From Eledone cirrhosa (Eukaryota): DNA of 64,000 nt. The stretch is taken from the NCBI GenBank assembly GCA_964016885.1, contig OZ024740.1:325252001-325316000 (forward strand), read 5' to 3'. Position numbers and translations under genes: made by a program. The notes under the pieces were generated by a model. That model saw nothing but the letters and a program-made list of their open reading frames with translations. It was not told where the DNA came from and did no database searches. Below are positions 45,057-56,400 of this stretch, piece by piece; the stretch's first letter is position 1; every line of letters begins with the position of its first letter.

Positions 45057-45590
45057 CACATGTTGACTCACACACACTTAGATACACTAACACATACACA
45101 CACATAGGTGGTAGGTCGTTACATCAGATGTCAACTGTTCCAAAACACACACACAGCGATAACAAGTCGTTATATCATATATCAACTATTCCAACACCCA
45201 GACATGCGCACACATATACAGAGGTAGCAAATCTTTGCATCATTTATCAACTATTCCAATACACACAGGTATTCATACATATACACACACACACACACAC
45301 ACTCACACACACTAATATATATTCAAACAGAAGTGGTCAATCGTTGCATTAAATATCAACTATTCCAACACACACACACACACACACACACATACACACA
45401 TACACACACACATAGTAGCACACGCAGATGTGGGTAATCATTGCATCAAATGTCAACTCTCTCCAACACATACACAAACACTTTCTCGCACACAGACACT
45501 AACACACACACACACACAACAACACACATATACACACATTAAAACACACACACTAACACAAACTAACATACACATATGTCAACTACTAGT
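44978..45590. repeat. Degenerate tandem repeat: TCGTTGCATCA.AT.TCAACTATTCCAA core separated by CA-rich spacers
   Basis: Core near 44978, 45116, 45166, 45233, 45341, 45438 and 45576. Confidence 0.7.
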
Positions 45591-46359
45591 GGTCAAGGAG
45601 GCCATGTAAGATGTTCTGAAACTTAATCTATAAGCAACGACCATGTTATCTTTCAGATACATACATGTTTCATCCATTAACATCTGCAGCATTGTATTAC
45701 AGGAAAGAATGGCTACCACTGATACTGAAGTGGACAAGGTTGAAAGGGTTAATCATATATCTACAGAAGCTCGAAGATCAATTTGACACTTTGTTGACCG
45801 AATTAAATCATATTTCTAACAAATTAAGAACTATAATTAAACTAGATACAAGTGGAATATAAAATAAACCATCGTCGAATTCGACCATGGGTTTTCCAGT
45901 TGTTCGATTAATAAAGCTAATGAAATTAACGTGTAATTGGCTGAACATTCTACAGACACGTGTAGCTTTCTCGTTATTTTCAGAAACATTAAGTGTGACA
46001 CAGTGTGTGACATGGCTGGCCCTTTGAATTACTGGTACAATCCATTTGACGGGCTTCCAAACAGTGTCCCTTTACACAATTTCACTCACAAGACTTGGGT
46101 TGATATGTGACTATGGTAAATAACATTCGCCCAATATGCCTCGTAGTGGGATAGAACTCGGGACCTAATTGTTGTGAAGCGAACTCATTAGCCTTAATAT
46201 GTCTACATTACTTCAATAATCATAAAAATACATAGAAATTAGAGGGACATTTGCCTACGGTGTCATGTAATTTGGCCGAACGCGGTACCTCAATGTTACC
46301 TAGCGAACTCTTTAACCTTAATGTGCCTACATTATTTCAATAACAATAACAATATATAT

Positions 46360-46692
46360 TCTCCGAATTGAGAGATCACAGCTCAGATACTATGGGCATG
46401 TAGTTAGAATGTCTCAGGAAAGAATCGCTGGCCAGATTTTACGGGCAAAACCAACTGGCAAGCGACATAGGGGTAAACCCCGAGCAAGATGTTTTGATAA
46501 CATCCATGAGGTTGGCTGGGATCCAGCCGGAACAGTTGGAGACGGTTGTTTCTAACAGGACCCGCTGGAAGGAGTGTTTAAGGACTCTGACCCCACAACC
46601 GTCTCAGGAATAAATGAACGAAGAAGAAGAAGAAGAAGAAGAAGAAGAAGAAGAAGAAGAAGAAGAAGAAGAAGAAGAAGAAGAAGAAGAAG
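46360..46692 (+). mobile_element. 5'-truncated RTE LINE with (AAG)n tail
   Basis: RIERSQLRYYGHVVRMSQERIAGQILRAKPTGKRHRGKPRAR, followed by more than 20 AAG units. Confidence 0.85.
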
Positions 46693-47989
46693 ATATATAG
46701 AGAGAGACATTCGCCTAAGATGTCATGTAATGGGGTCGAACATGGGAACTAATTATTACGAAATGAACTTCTTAAGGTGAATGTGTCTACATCACTTCAT
46801 TAACAATATAAGTATATGAAAAGAAACATATTCTTCCAAGATGCCATGTAGTGGGATTGAACCCGGGATCCAGTTGTTGTGAATCAATCTTCTTAACAAT
46901 TTGGCCCTACTATGTCCACACAAGCAAGTGAGAGAAAAACGAAAGAAATATTTTGATGAGAAGCCGTCAAGTGATTAAAGCCAGGGAGATGGTTCTGACA
47001 CATATATAGAATCGTTACACAGGACATCTGTCATTGTCGATTCTGTCGTTGCTAATCTAACAAGAAGATTTGAAACTACTAAGAAAATTTCTGATACTTT
47101 TTTCCATTCCTTTGGCAATACCTGTCTATATCGAACTATAATGTGCGTTATTTGCAGAAATTTACAGTGCTGCATGAAATGGCGAAACACTTTCAAATAT
47201 ATTAATCCACGTAGAAACTATGATAGACTGTGACAACTTTGAAAAGCTACATGGATTTACTTAACAAAATATACTACAGGTTAAAAAATATTGTTGAAAA
47301 TCTTTTTACTACAGAATGTATATTGTTTATATATATTTTACAACGTTGATGTGAATGTTTGAGGCTTAGTGGTTAAGTTATTTGACACACGACTGCAAGA
47401 AAACTTATAAAATTAAAACATATATTCCCAAAATACGTCTAACAAGGAAGTTAGACTTTTGCATCATAAATTGACCTCTTTAAAAGAGTGATTAAGATGC
47501 GACTGTTAAAAATTGAGATTTATTGTGAAGACGCGGGGCTGTGTGGTTAGGGTATTTGGCTCATGATCAAGAAGCCGTGTGTTCGGTTCCACGCAGCATG
47601 TTCTGCAAGCCAGATTATTTAGCATACTCCAATTCACTCAGCTGGAAAATATCAGGTATATCTATGATTCAAATGGCCAGTCTTTTCACACTGTGTGGAA
47701 GACAACAACAACACAGTCATCTAAATTTACGAAGAATGTCTTAATAAATTACTTGTAGAACTACAATGACGCAATCCATCGTAACACCGTCGTCATATTA
47801 CATAAGGTAATCAATATGTAATCCATATGCAAAGCTCTGCAATGTAGTGTCACGGAGGCAGACCAAAACTTCTGGTGTTGTTATTTCAACGGCCTGTCCC
47901 TGTCCAATCCCTGCAGAAGACAGCAACAACGACAACAACAACGACCGCAATTACAATTCACAAGAAGCAGCAGAAGCTGTTGCTGGACA

Positions 47990-48418
47990 TCCCACTCGAA
48001 CCGGATCACGGAAAAGCTATGTCGACATATGCGGACGAAGTCATCGTGATTGTGTCAAACACCTCTCAGAAAACGAGAGGCGATCGGAAACTTCTTAGAG
48101 GAATATAGAACGTTGACGGGAACAAACATTAACTCGGAATAGTCGGTGTGTTTGCAGCTCGGCACCAGGAGAGACAATCCATACCTTTAAACAGCGTTGG
48201 GTGACGCGGGATGAACGGACCCCTCAGGTTACTCGGGGTCTGGTTTATTCTAGATCTCTAGGTGGATAGGAACAGGGACGACGTATCAAGCAGGGTGATC
48301 ATTCTTACCCAGAAATGGGCAGAGAGGAAGCTATGCCTGAAAGGTCGCCTGAATGTAGCGAACGCGTATATCGTTTCTGTCACCTATTACCGCGTGACCG
48401 CCTTGCTTTGCCCCAAAT
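47990..48418 (+). mobile_element. Tx1/L1-like RT fragment
   Basis: STYADEVIVIVS...LRLLGVWF...QKWAERKLCLKGRLNVANAYIVSVTYYR. Confidence 0.75.
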
Positions 48419-49074
48419 TTATTAGAAAATTATAGGTAGAGTCTTTCATTAGAAATATGGTAACAAAAGTATTAAAATAGAAATGTATTTAAAGCATTAA
48501 TACGGGATTAGTCGAGTGCTTTCCCTTTACAAATGTGGTAATGAAAGAGTTGAATACACATATATAGGAGCTCAGTGTTTCCATCTCTACTACAACAGTA
48601 CACAGAAATACATCAGCATTACATCAATGCACACACAGTTAGGATATAATCATATTTTCTCCCTCTAGACTTTATACAACTGCAATCGTTGTTTGTAAAG
48701 CATTAGGAAACCTATAGAGAATAGTCTATTCTTAACTTTACATGTATTCAATAACTTAGCAAGTTAATTCCCTGCTGGGACTCCGTGCAATACTATGCTA
48801 AAATGATATTTTGTTACTGGAGCTAGAGTAAAAGGTCTTCTATCGGAATGTGAAAATGAAATACATACATAGTGACACACACATACCTGTATTATATATA
48901 TACAACGTGTGGTTGCAATGTGTGTTTTCTACTATATATATATATATATTTGTATATATATATATATAAACATACAGGGTGTCCCAAAAAATGTTTACAT
49001 ACGTCAACAGAATTCTAATAATTATTGCCTATACAGGTAATCAGTGAATAATATATATATATATATATATATAT

Positions 49075-49750
49075 CTTGGCAATACAGTTCGTCTTCGTTG
49101 ATTTATTATTTTAAATCGATATGGACAAACTGTAGTATAATAATTAGTATACTTCAATCTGGCTAAATTTTTCTTTTGCAATATATATACAGATGTGTTG
49201 GTATCTGTGTTTCATCACATACATATTAATTTATACACTGCTCAGGGGATATTTTCCTCCTTCGAGCTGATTCCATTGTAAAAGAATTCATTACCTTATT
49301 AATTTTAACTGCTCCTAGTTTGAGCTGCAAGCCGCCTCATATATACGACTGTTATTTCTAGCAGTACGGTTATGAGACTAGTTAGATACTGTAAAACCAT
49401 GTGCGTCACGCAGTCTTTTAAATTATTTAGAAGTGAAGCATATCAATTTGTCTCTGGATGTTTACTGAGGAGAGCAGGACATGATATTCCTACACTTATT
49501 TAACTCGAAACATATTTGGATCTTAAAGTTTAAACTTATCTACGGAACAGGTTTGATTTTGAAATTTAAATGTGTCTAAACATCACGGCCTCTTGGCAAT
49601 ACAGCTCGTCTTCGTTGATTTATTATTTTAAATCGATATGGACAAACTGTAGTATAATAATTAGTATACTTCAATCTGGCTAAATTTTTCTTTTGCAATA
49701 TATATACAGATGTGTTGGTATCTGTGTTTCATCACATACATATTAATTTA

Positions 49751-49752
<2 letters not shown>
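49075..49752 (+). mobile_element. Non-coding 517-bp tandem hammerhead element (1.3 units) in (TA)n
   Basis: 49075 onward repeats at 49592; closely similar to 62906-64000. Confidence 0.9.
49457..49584 (+). ncRNA. Type I hammerhead ribozyme with long stem III; predicted cut after C49576
   Basis: gatgttta CTGAGGA gag..ctc GAAA catattt...(extended helix)...aaatgtg TC taaacatc. Confidence 0.85.
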
Positions 49753-49784
<32 letters not shown>

Positions 49785-49785
<1 letters not shown>

Positions 49786-50172
49786 CTTCACCGACCAGTC
49801 TGTCGGGCGCCATTCGGCGCTGCTGGTCACAGCACGTGCTGTTTTAGCCATACGATGACACCATCCCACCGGGTGGGCGGGCAGGCCGTAAGTCTAAAGT
49901 CTGTCTTAAGCCAGAAGGCTCATTTGGCCGGTGCTTATCCCGGCTTCATGGCGTGAAGCGACTGAGAGTACAAGACTCCCCCCTGGACAGGACGCCAGTC
50001 CATCGCAAGGTTAAACCTCCAGCTATCGCTGGTACCTATTTTCAGCTGAGTAAACTGGAGCAACGTGAAATAAAGTGTCTTGCTCAAGGAAACAACACAT
50101 CACCCGGTCAGAGAATTGAACTCACAACCTTTCGATTGCAAGCCTACTGCTCTAACCACTAAGCCATGCGCC
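49785..50172 (-). mobile_element. tRNA-derived SINE (family B head, different body)
   Basis: GGCGCATGGCTTAGTGGTTAGAGC...GAGTTCAATTC (A/B boxes), CCTTGAGCAAGACACTT and GCGATGGACTGGCGTCCTGTCCAGGG. Confidence 0.8.
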
Positions 50173-50202
50173 TTCACACACACACACACACACACATACG
50201 TG

Positions 50203-50267
<65 letters not shown>

Positions 50268-50497
50268 ATATATGCATATGTGTATATGTATGAGTGTATG
50301 TGTATCTGTGTACGTGTAGATCCCGTAACCACAGTTAAAAAGGGTACTCAATATATTAGTAGAGTAAGCATCATTATTTAATATAGAAATGGCTTCGACG
50401 GGATAAAAACTATAAGAGGGTATTGTAGTTTGCTCGAAGCATTGTGTAAAGAATATACATATTGACCAAATAACAGGAATACTTTCTAATAAATAAC

Positions 50498-50683
50498 TGT
50501 TTCTACTTTTGGCACAAGGCCAGTAATTACCCAGTACATTACTGGTACTTTATTTTATCGACCCCGTAAGGATGAAAGGCAAAGTTAACCTCGGCGGGAT
50601 TTGAACTCAGAATGGCAAGGGCCGTAACTATACACGTCAAAGCATGGCGTCCGACCCTCTACCGACACTGCCAATCCACCGCC
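50498..50683 (-). mobile_element. tRNA-derived SINE, family A, with target-site duplication
   Basis: Family A sequence flanked by the direct repeat ACTTTCTAATAAATAAC (near 50481 and 50687). Confidence 0.85.
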
Positions 50684-51420
50684 CTGACTTTCTAATAAAT
50701 AACATTGGAAGGATCGGTTTACTTGACTAAGTTGACACCATTACATGCCTGGTACTTTTGTAGTGTAGAATCAAAGACAGTTTCAAGTGGGTTAGTTTTA
50801 TTCAGTTTGTCTTCATACTATTGTGTGAGTCTGTCAAGAATTTATACATATACCGAACACAAAGGACCGAACACAAAGTAACCAAACTCCCATTGTCACT
50901 GTCTCCGTCTCTCTCGCTCTCCCCCATCTCTCGCTATTATGAACATATGGGAGCCCAGGCGATGGCTGCCGCGTGGCCTCGGCGGACAGAATGGAGCAGG
51001 CGTTTCCCCGAAGGATGCGGTTGGAGACGCTACAACCTTGGAAGCACTTGTTTACTCGACTAACTTGAAATCAGTAAATGCTTGGTACCTTATCTTGTCA
51101 ATCACGGAACGGATGAAAGGCAACGTTGACCAACCTCGGTGGAGATTGAACATGAAAATGAATAGCAAAATACTTTGTCTGACGCTCTACTGATTTTGGC
51201 AATCAACCGTTCTGTAGAATAACTCTACTAAATATATTGAATACTTTTTCTCTACCGTTTGTTTTACTAAACACATACGCTCTTATTCACACAATCACAC
51301 ACAGTGGCTGTATATATGCGTTTGTGTGTACTTATTGTTCAGAATGTATAAGTAAGTATGTCTGTCACGTGAGTGTTAGTTAGTGTGTGTGGGCATGTCA
51401 TGAGTCTCTGTACGCGTGTA

Positions 51421-51457
<37 letters not shown>

Positions 51458-52414
51458 GTGTGTATGTCATTTGTCTCCATGTGGATATGTATATATGTTG
51501 GTTCATGTATGTGAGTATGGTTTTCCATGTAGTTGATTGTCCGTGTGTGTGTTTCTGTAACACTACGTGCGTATGGGTACGTGTATATATATATATGTAT
51601 AAGTTTATATATGTGTGTGTGTATATTTAACCATGTCACCCTCACTGTGTGTGTGTGTGTGTGTGTGTGTGTGCAAGGGTGTTTATATTTGCTTGGTTAT
51701 GTGTGTACTTTGTATCCGTATGTGTGTATATTTTGTATCAGTGTGTGTGTATTTTTTTTAATATGTAGGTCTGTATGTATGTATTTATGAATGTAAATCT
51801 TATGTGTATGTCTATGGTTTTCCATATGTTTGCTTGTATGTGAGTGTGATTCTAGTTCAGTGTGTGTGTGTGTGTGTGTGTCTGTGTATTTATCTGTGTG
51901 GGTTAGTATTTATGCGTGTGTTTTACGCGGTCGTCTGCGTACGTGTGTGTGTATGTCTGTGTCTGTGTACATGTCTAGGTATGAGTTTGTATGTATTTAT
52001 GTATGCATATGTATATGTGTAGGTGTAAGTGTGTATATGTGTATCTGTAAGCGTGAACATGTGACGTTCTATACGCCATCTAGCGTATATATGTCTGTAC
52101 CAGTAATTGTTTGAGTATTTGTTGATGAATGAGTATGTATATATATATTTGTATGTGTGAGTATGACTTTCCCTATGTTAATCTGTGTGTGTGCTTATAT
52201 GTATGCGTTTTAATGTGTATATTTATGAATGTAGGTTTAGGGTGTGTGTGTATATATATGTGTGTGTCTTTCATATGTTGGGTTGTGCATGTGTTTGTTT
52301 ATATGTATGTGCGCGCATGTGCGTGTTTAAACAGGATCAAAGTGAAGAATTCAATATAAACATTGACAGATGGTTGGCACACATTGCAGAGTCTAGTGCC
52401 ATGTCGCATTGGTG

Positions 52415-52574
<160 letters not shown>

Positions 52575-52575
52575 A

Positions 52576-52648
<73 letters not shown>

Positions 52649-52650
52649 TA

Positions 52651-52696
<46 letters not shown>

Positions 52697-52886
52697 CACA
52701 TATATATATGTATATATATATATATGTATGTGTATGTGTATATATATATATACATATATATATACATACATACATACATACATACATAAATACATACATA
52801 AGTACGTACATATAATATATATATATTATATATATATACATATACATATATATATAGAGATAGAAAGAGAGATACTTATATGAGAG

Positions 52887-52970
<84 letters not shown>

Positions 52971-53497
52971 TGCGTATGTGTGTATGTTTGTGTGTGGGGG
53001 GGGGGTATAAACCTCCAAGCAAGAGTAACAGATGTATGATTAATGTGATTGGTTACAACGGCATGAAGAATAATGTGATAGCGGCCTGGATAAGAAAAGA
53101 GTCCTGCCACGGGGAAGACTATAAAACTAGGAGATTCCCCGGTAGCATCGACACTGCTTGGTACGTCTGGAGTGGTGATACTGTCGGAAGGAGCCAGATC
53201 ACCAGTCGACAGTTAGTGAAGGGAATATTCTGCAGCTCAATCTATATGGAGGATTATACATACGTATATATATATATATGTGCATATATATATATATGTG
53301 TGTATGCGTGTGTGTATGTATGTTTGTGTGTGTGTGTGTATGTATATATATATATATTGTGTCTGTGTGTGTGTGTACGTGTGTCTTCATGTCCTGAATC
53401 ATACTCACGGGACGTTGAGTTAATAGTAAAAGACACTCGCCGAAGGTGTCACGCAGTGGGATTGAACCCAGAACCACATAATTATGAAGTGAACTCC

Positions 53498-53541
<44 letters not shown>

Positions 53542-53543
53542 CC

Positions 53544-53605
<62 letters not shown>

Positions 53606-53609
<4 letters not shown>

Positions 53610-53943
53610 GAGTAGGACCCCGACGGCTGATCTCAAGCCGTTTCGACGGCTAATTCTGGACTAAAAGTATATGAGGGAAAAGTTGCCTTTGAGGCATCTC
53701 GAATCGCATACGAGAAAGTAAAGCGCGGGATGTGAGGAAGGGGATTGCTGTTGCACTTCCAGACGGCGAGGGTCAACCACTGGTCTTACTTTTTTTTTTT
53801 TTTTTAGTCCAGAATTAGCCGTCGAAACGGCTTGAGCTCAGCCGTCGGGGTCCTACTCGTTCCTATTACCCACTCTACTACCCTAAGTATTGAGTACTTT
53901 GGTGCGTTATGGTCCATCTGGTTCCTTACCACATTTCCTTCGT
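53606..53943 (+). mobile_element. Fold-back PLE-like remnant enclosing captured RTE sequence
   Basis: Arms 53607-53666 and 53802-53861. The insert 53667-53792 matches RTE 56722-56827 (reverse) and 56621-56641 (forward). The arm holds a 3' half hammerhead: GAAA cggct..agccg TC. Confidence 0.8.
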
Positions 53944-53954
53944 TATATATATAT

Positions 53955-54137
53955 AATAAAATATTGATTCAACAAATGGAAATTAAGTAAAGAACACGTC
54001 GCTACACACACACACACACACATATACATATATGTATATATATATATATATATATTACATATATGTATATGTGTGTGTGTGTGTGTGTAGCGACGTGTTC
54101 TTTACTTAATTTCCATTTGTTGAATCAATATTTTATT
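53955..54137. repeat. ~80-bp inverted repeat centred on (TA)n
   Basis: AATAAAATATTGATTCAACAAATGG..GTCGCTACAC.. is mirrored as ..GTGTAGCGAC..CCATTTGTTGAATCAATATTTTATT. Confidence 0.9.
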
Positions 54138-54986
54138 ATTTTTATGGCCTGGCGAGGGTGCGAGAGAATTTTATATTCAATTGAATTGAGTTATTAACAG
54201 CCCTATTGTCATATATAATATCGACCGGAATAGATGAAAGACAAATTAAAACTCAGCCGGGTTTGAACTCAGAATGTACAGCGGCGAAATTCGGCATAGA
54301 GGAATCATTTCATGATATTTCTATCCTAATAGATCTCTACAAAGCTTTCTTCCTCATGAAGCAGCTGAAAATTCGGTGAATAAAAGATTGACAATTGCAG
54401 CATACACTGATCACTACACATGCTATTCTAAAAGATTAAAAGCTTACAACTATCTATCCTATCCTAACTCATTCACAAAGAAACTCATGCAATTATGCAC
54501 ACTTAGTCGACTTTAGATAATTCCATGTCTTCCTTGGTATATATACATATATACACATATATATAAATAAATTGCCAGTGTTGAATGAATACCGAGTGAG
54601 ACAAAAACATTTGCGAACGTAAAACGAGCTGAAGCGAAAATAAATACGCCATTTTGTTTTGTTGAGTGAGTCATTCTTAAGGTAATTGATAATGCTGCGT
54701 TTATTTTTGTATTTTAGGAAAAGGGAAAAACTGAATTGATTAATTGGCAAACATGTTAAATATTCATTAACGTTTCTTAATGGTTGCTGTGTTTGTGTGG
54801 ATGCAGTTTCGCTTCTGTCTTTTGTCTTCTGCCTTTATTTCATTATTTTCCTTTTTGCTTCCTTTTAGAAAAATGTGTGTTTGTGTGTGGGGGGGGGGCG
54901 TGTGCATACAGGCACACGCACACACACATATTTGCATACACATCTGCATATAATATACACTTATATACATAAACACATACACACAC

Positions 54987-55020
<34 letters not shown>

Positions 55021-55112
55021 TACGTTAACTATTTTTCCAATTTTGACGCTATAGTCACTTATATATTATGGAATACTGTTGGCTTTTTGCTACAATGCTT
55101 TCTATACCTTTC

Positions 55113-55267
<155 letters not shown>

Positions 55268-55775
55268 TATATATATACATATATATATGCGTGTTTCTAT
55301 TTGTTTGTATAAATGTATATACATATGTGTATGTAGGTTTCTGTCATTTGATAACTATATGCCCAACATGGCCGCAGTCTAATGACTGAAACCAATACAA
55401 GGATAAATGAATATATGAATGAATACATACACATGTTTCGTCATTGATAGTCATAAGATGGTTCATCAATGACAAATTGATATACGATTATTCTTCATGT
55501 GCATCAAGATATCAACATATTAATATAAATGTATTATTCGTAAAACTTTTATATATCAGATTATTCGAGAGAATAAACGTTACCGATGGTAAATAAATGA
55601 TACATAGATTCTATCGAATTTTGCCTTTTCCAACGGCTATTCAGGGGCTTTTGACAGTATCACAGGGTAAAATATGTACAGAAAGACTGTATGTATATTT
55701 AACATAAACATATTGTATATGCTTTCATATCCTCCTCTGTAATGAAACATGCTATATTAGTGCTAACGCTAATTA

Positions 55776-55845
<70 letters not shown>

Positions 55846-55939
55846 TGCCCGCTCGTTATCGAGTATGGCCATTGCACGAGAAAAATATATATATATACAA
55901 TATATTAACAAATGGAAACTATATTTATAAAACCATATT

Positions 55940-56005
55940 TATTTCGTTATACGTATTTCAAGGGCCACCAAAGTAAACTATGGTGCGCTTTCATCAGATA
56001 AAATA
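55940..56005 (-). ncRNA. Candidate hammerhead ribozyme (paralogue of 5346-5410)
   Basis: tattttat CTGATGA aag..cacca..tggtg..ctt GAAA tacgta TA acgaaata; palindromic ATACGTAT stem III. Confidence 0.65.
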
Positions 56006-56158
56006 TAATATGGGTTAGTTTTATGAATAAATATTGACATACCCTTAAAAAATGCAACCATTCTGGTTGAAATCTTCTGGATATATATATATATATTAAT
56101 AACAATAATAATAAGAAGAAGAACAATAATAATAATGTTTCTACTTTAATAATAATAA

Positions 56159-56340
56159 TGTTTCTACTTTAGGCACAACGCCAGCAATTACCCAGTGCAT
56201 TACTGGTACTTTATTTTATCGACCCCGTAAGGATGAAAGGCAAAGTCAACCTCGGCGGGATTTGAACTCAGATCGTAAAGGGACGTAACTATGCTGGAAA
56301 GCATGGCGTCCGACCCTCTACCGATACTGCCAATCCACCA
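56159..56340 (-). mobile_element. tRNA-derived SINE, family A
   Basis: Nearly identical to 59988-60173. Confidence 0.85.
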
Positions 56341-56400
56341 ACGACAACAACGATAATAATATACATATATATATATACACACACACGCACACACATAAAT

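Noticed and set aside
44978-45590. Repeat-spacer pattern resembling a CRISPR array
   Set aside because: Eukaryotic context, degenerate repeats, low-complexity spacers of uneven length and no cas genes.
48973-49000. TA-CAGGGTGTCCCAAAA Tc1/mariner-like terminus (similar at 26176)
   Set aside because: No matching opposite terminal repeat or transposase found; too short to call.
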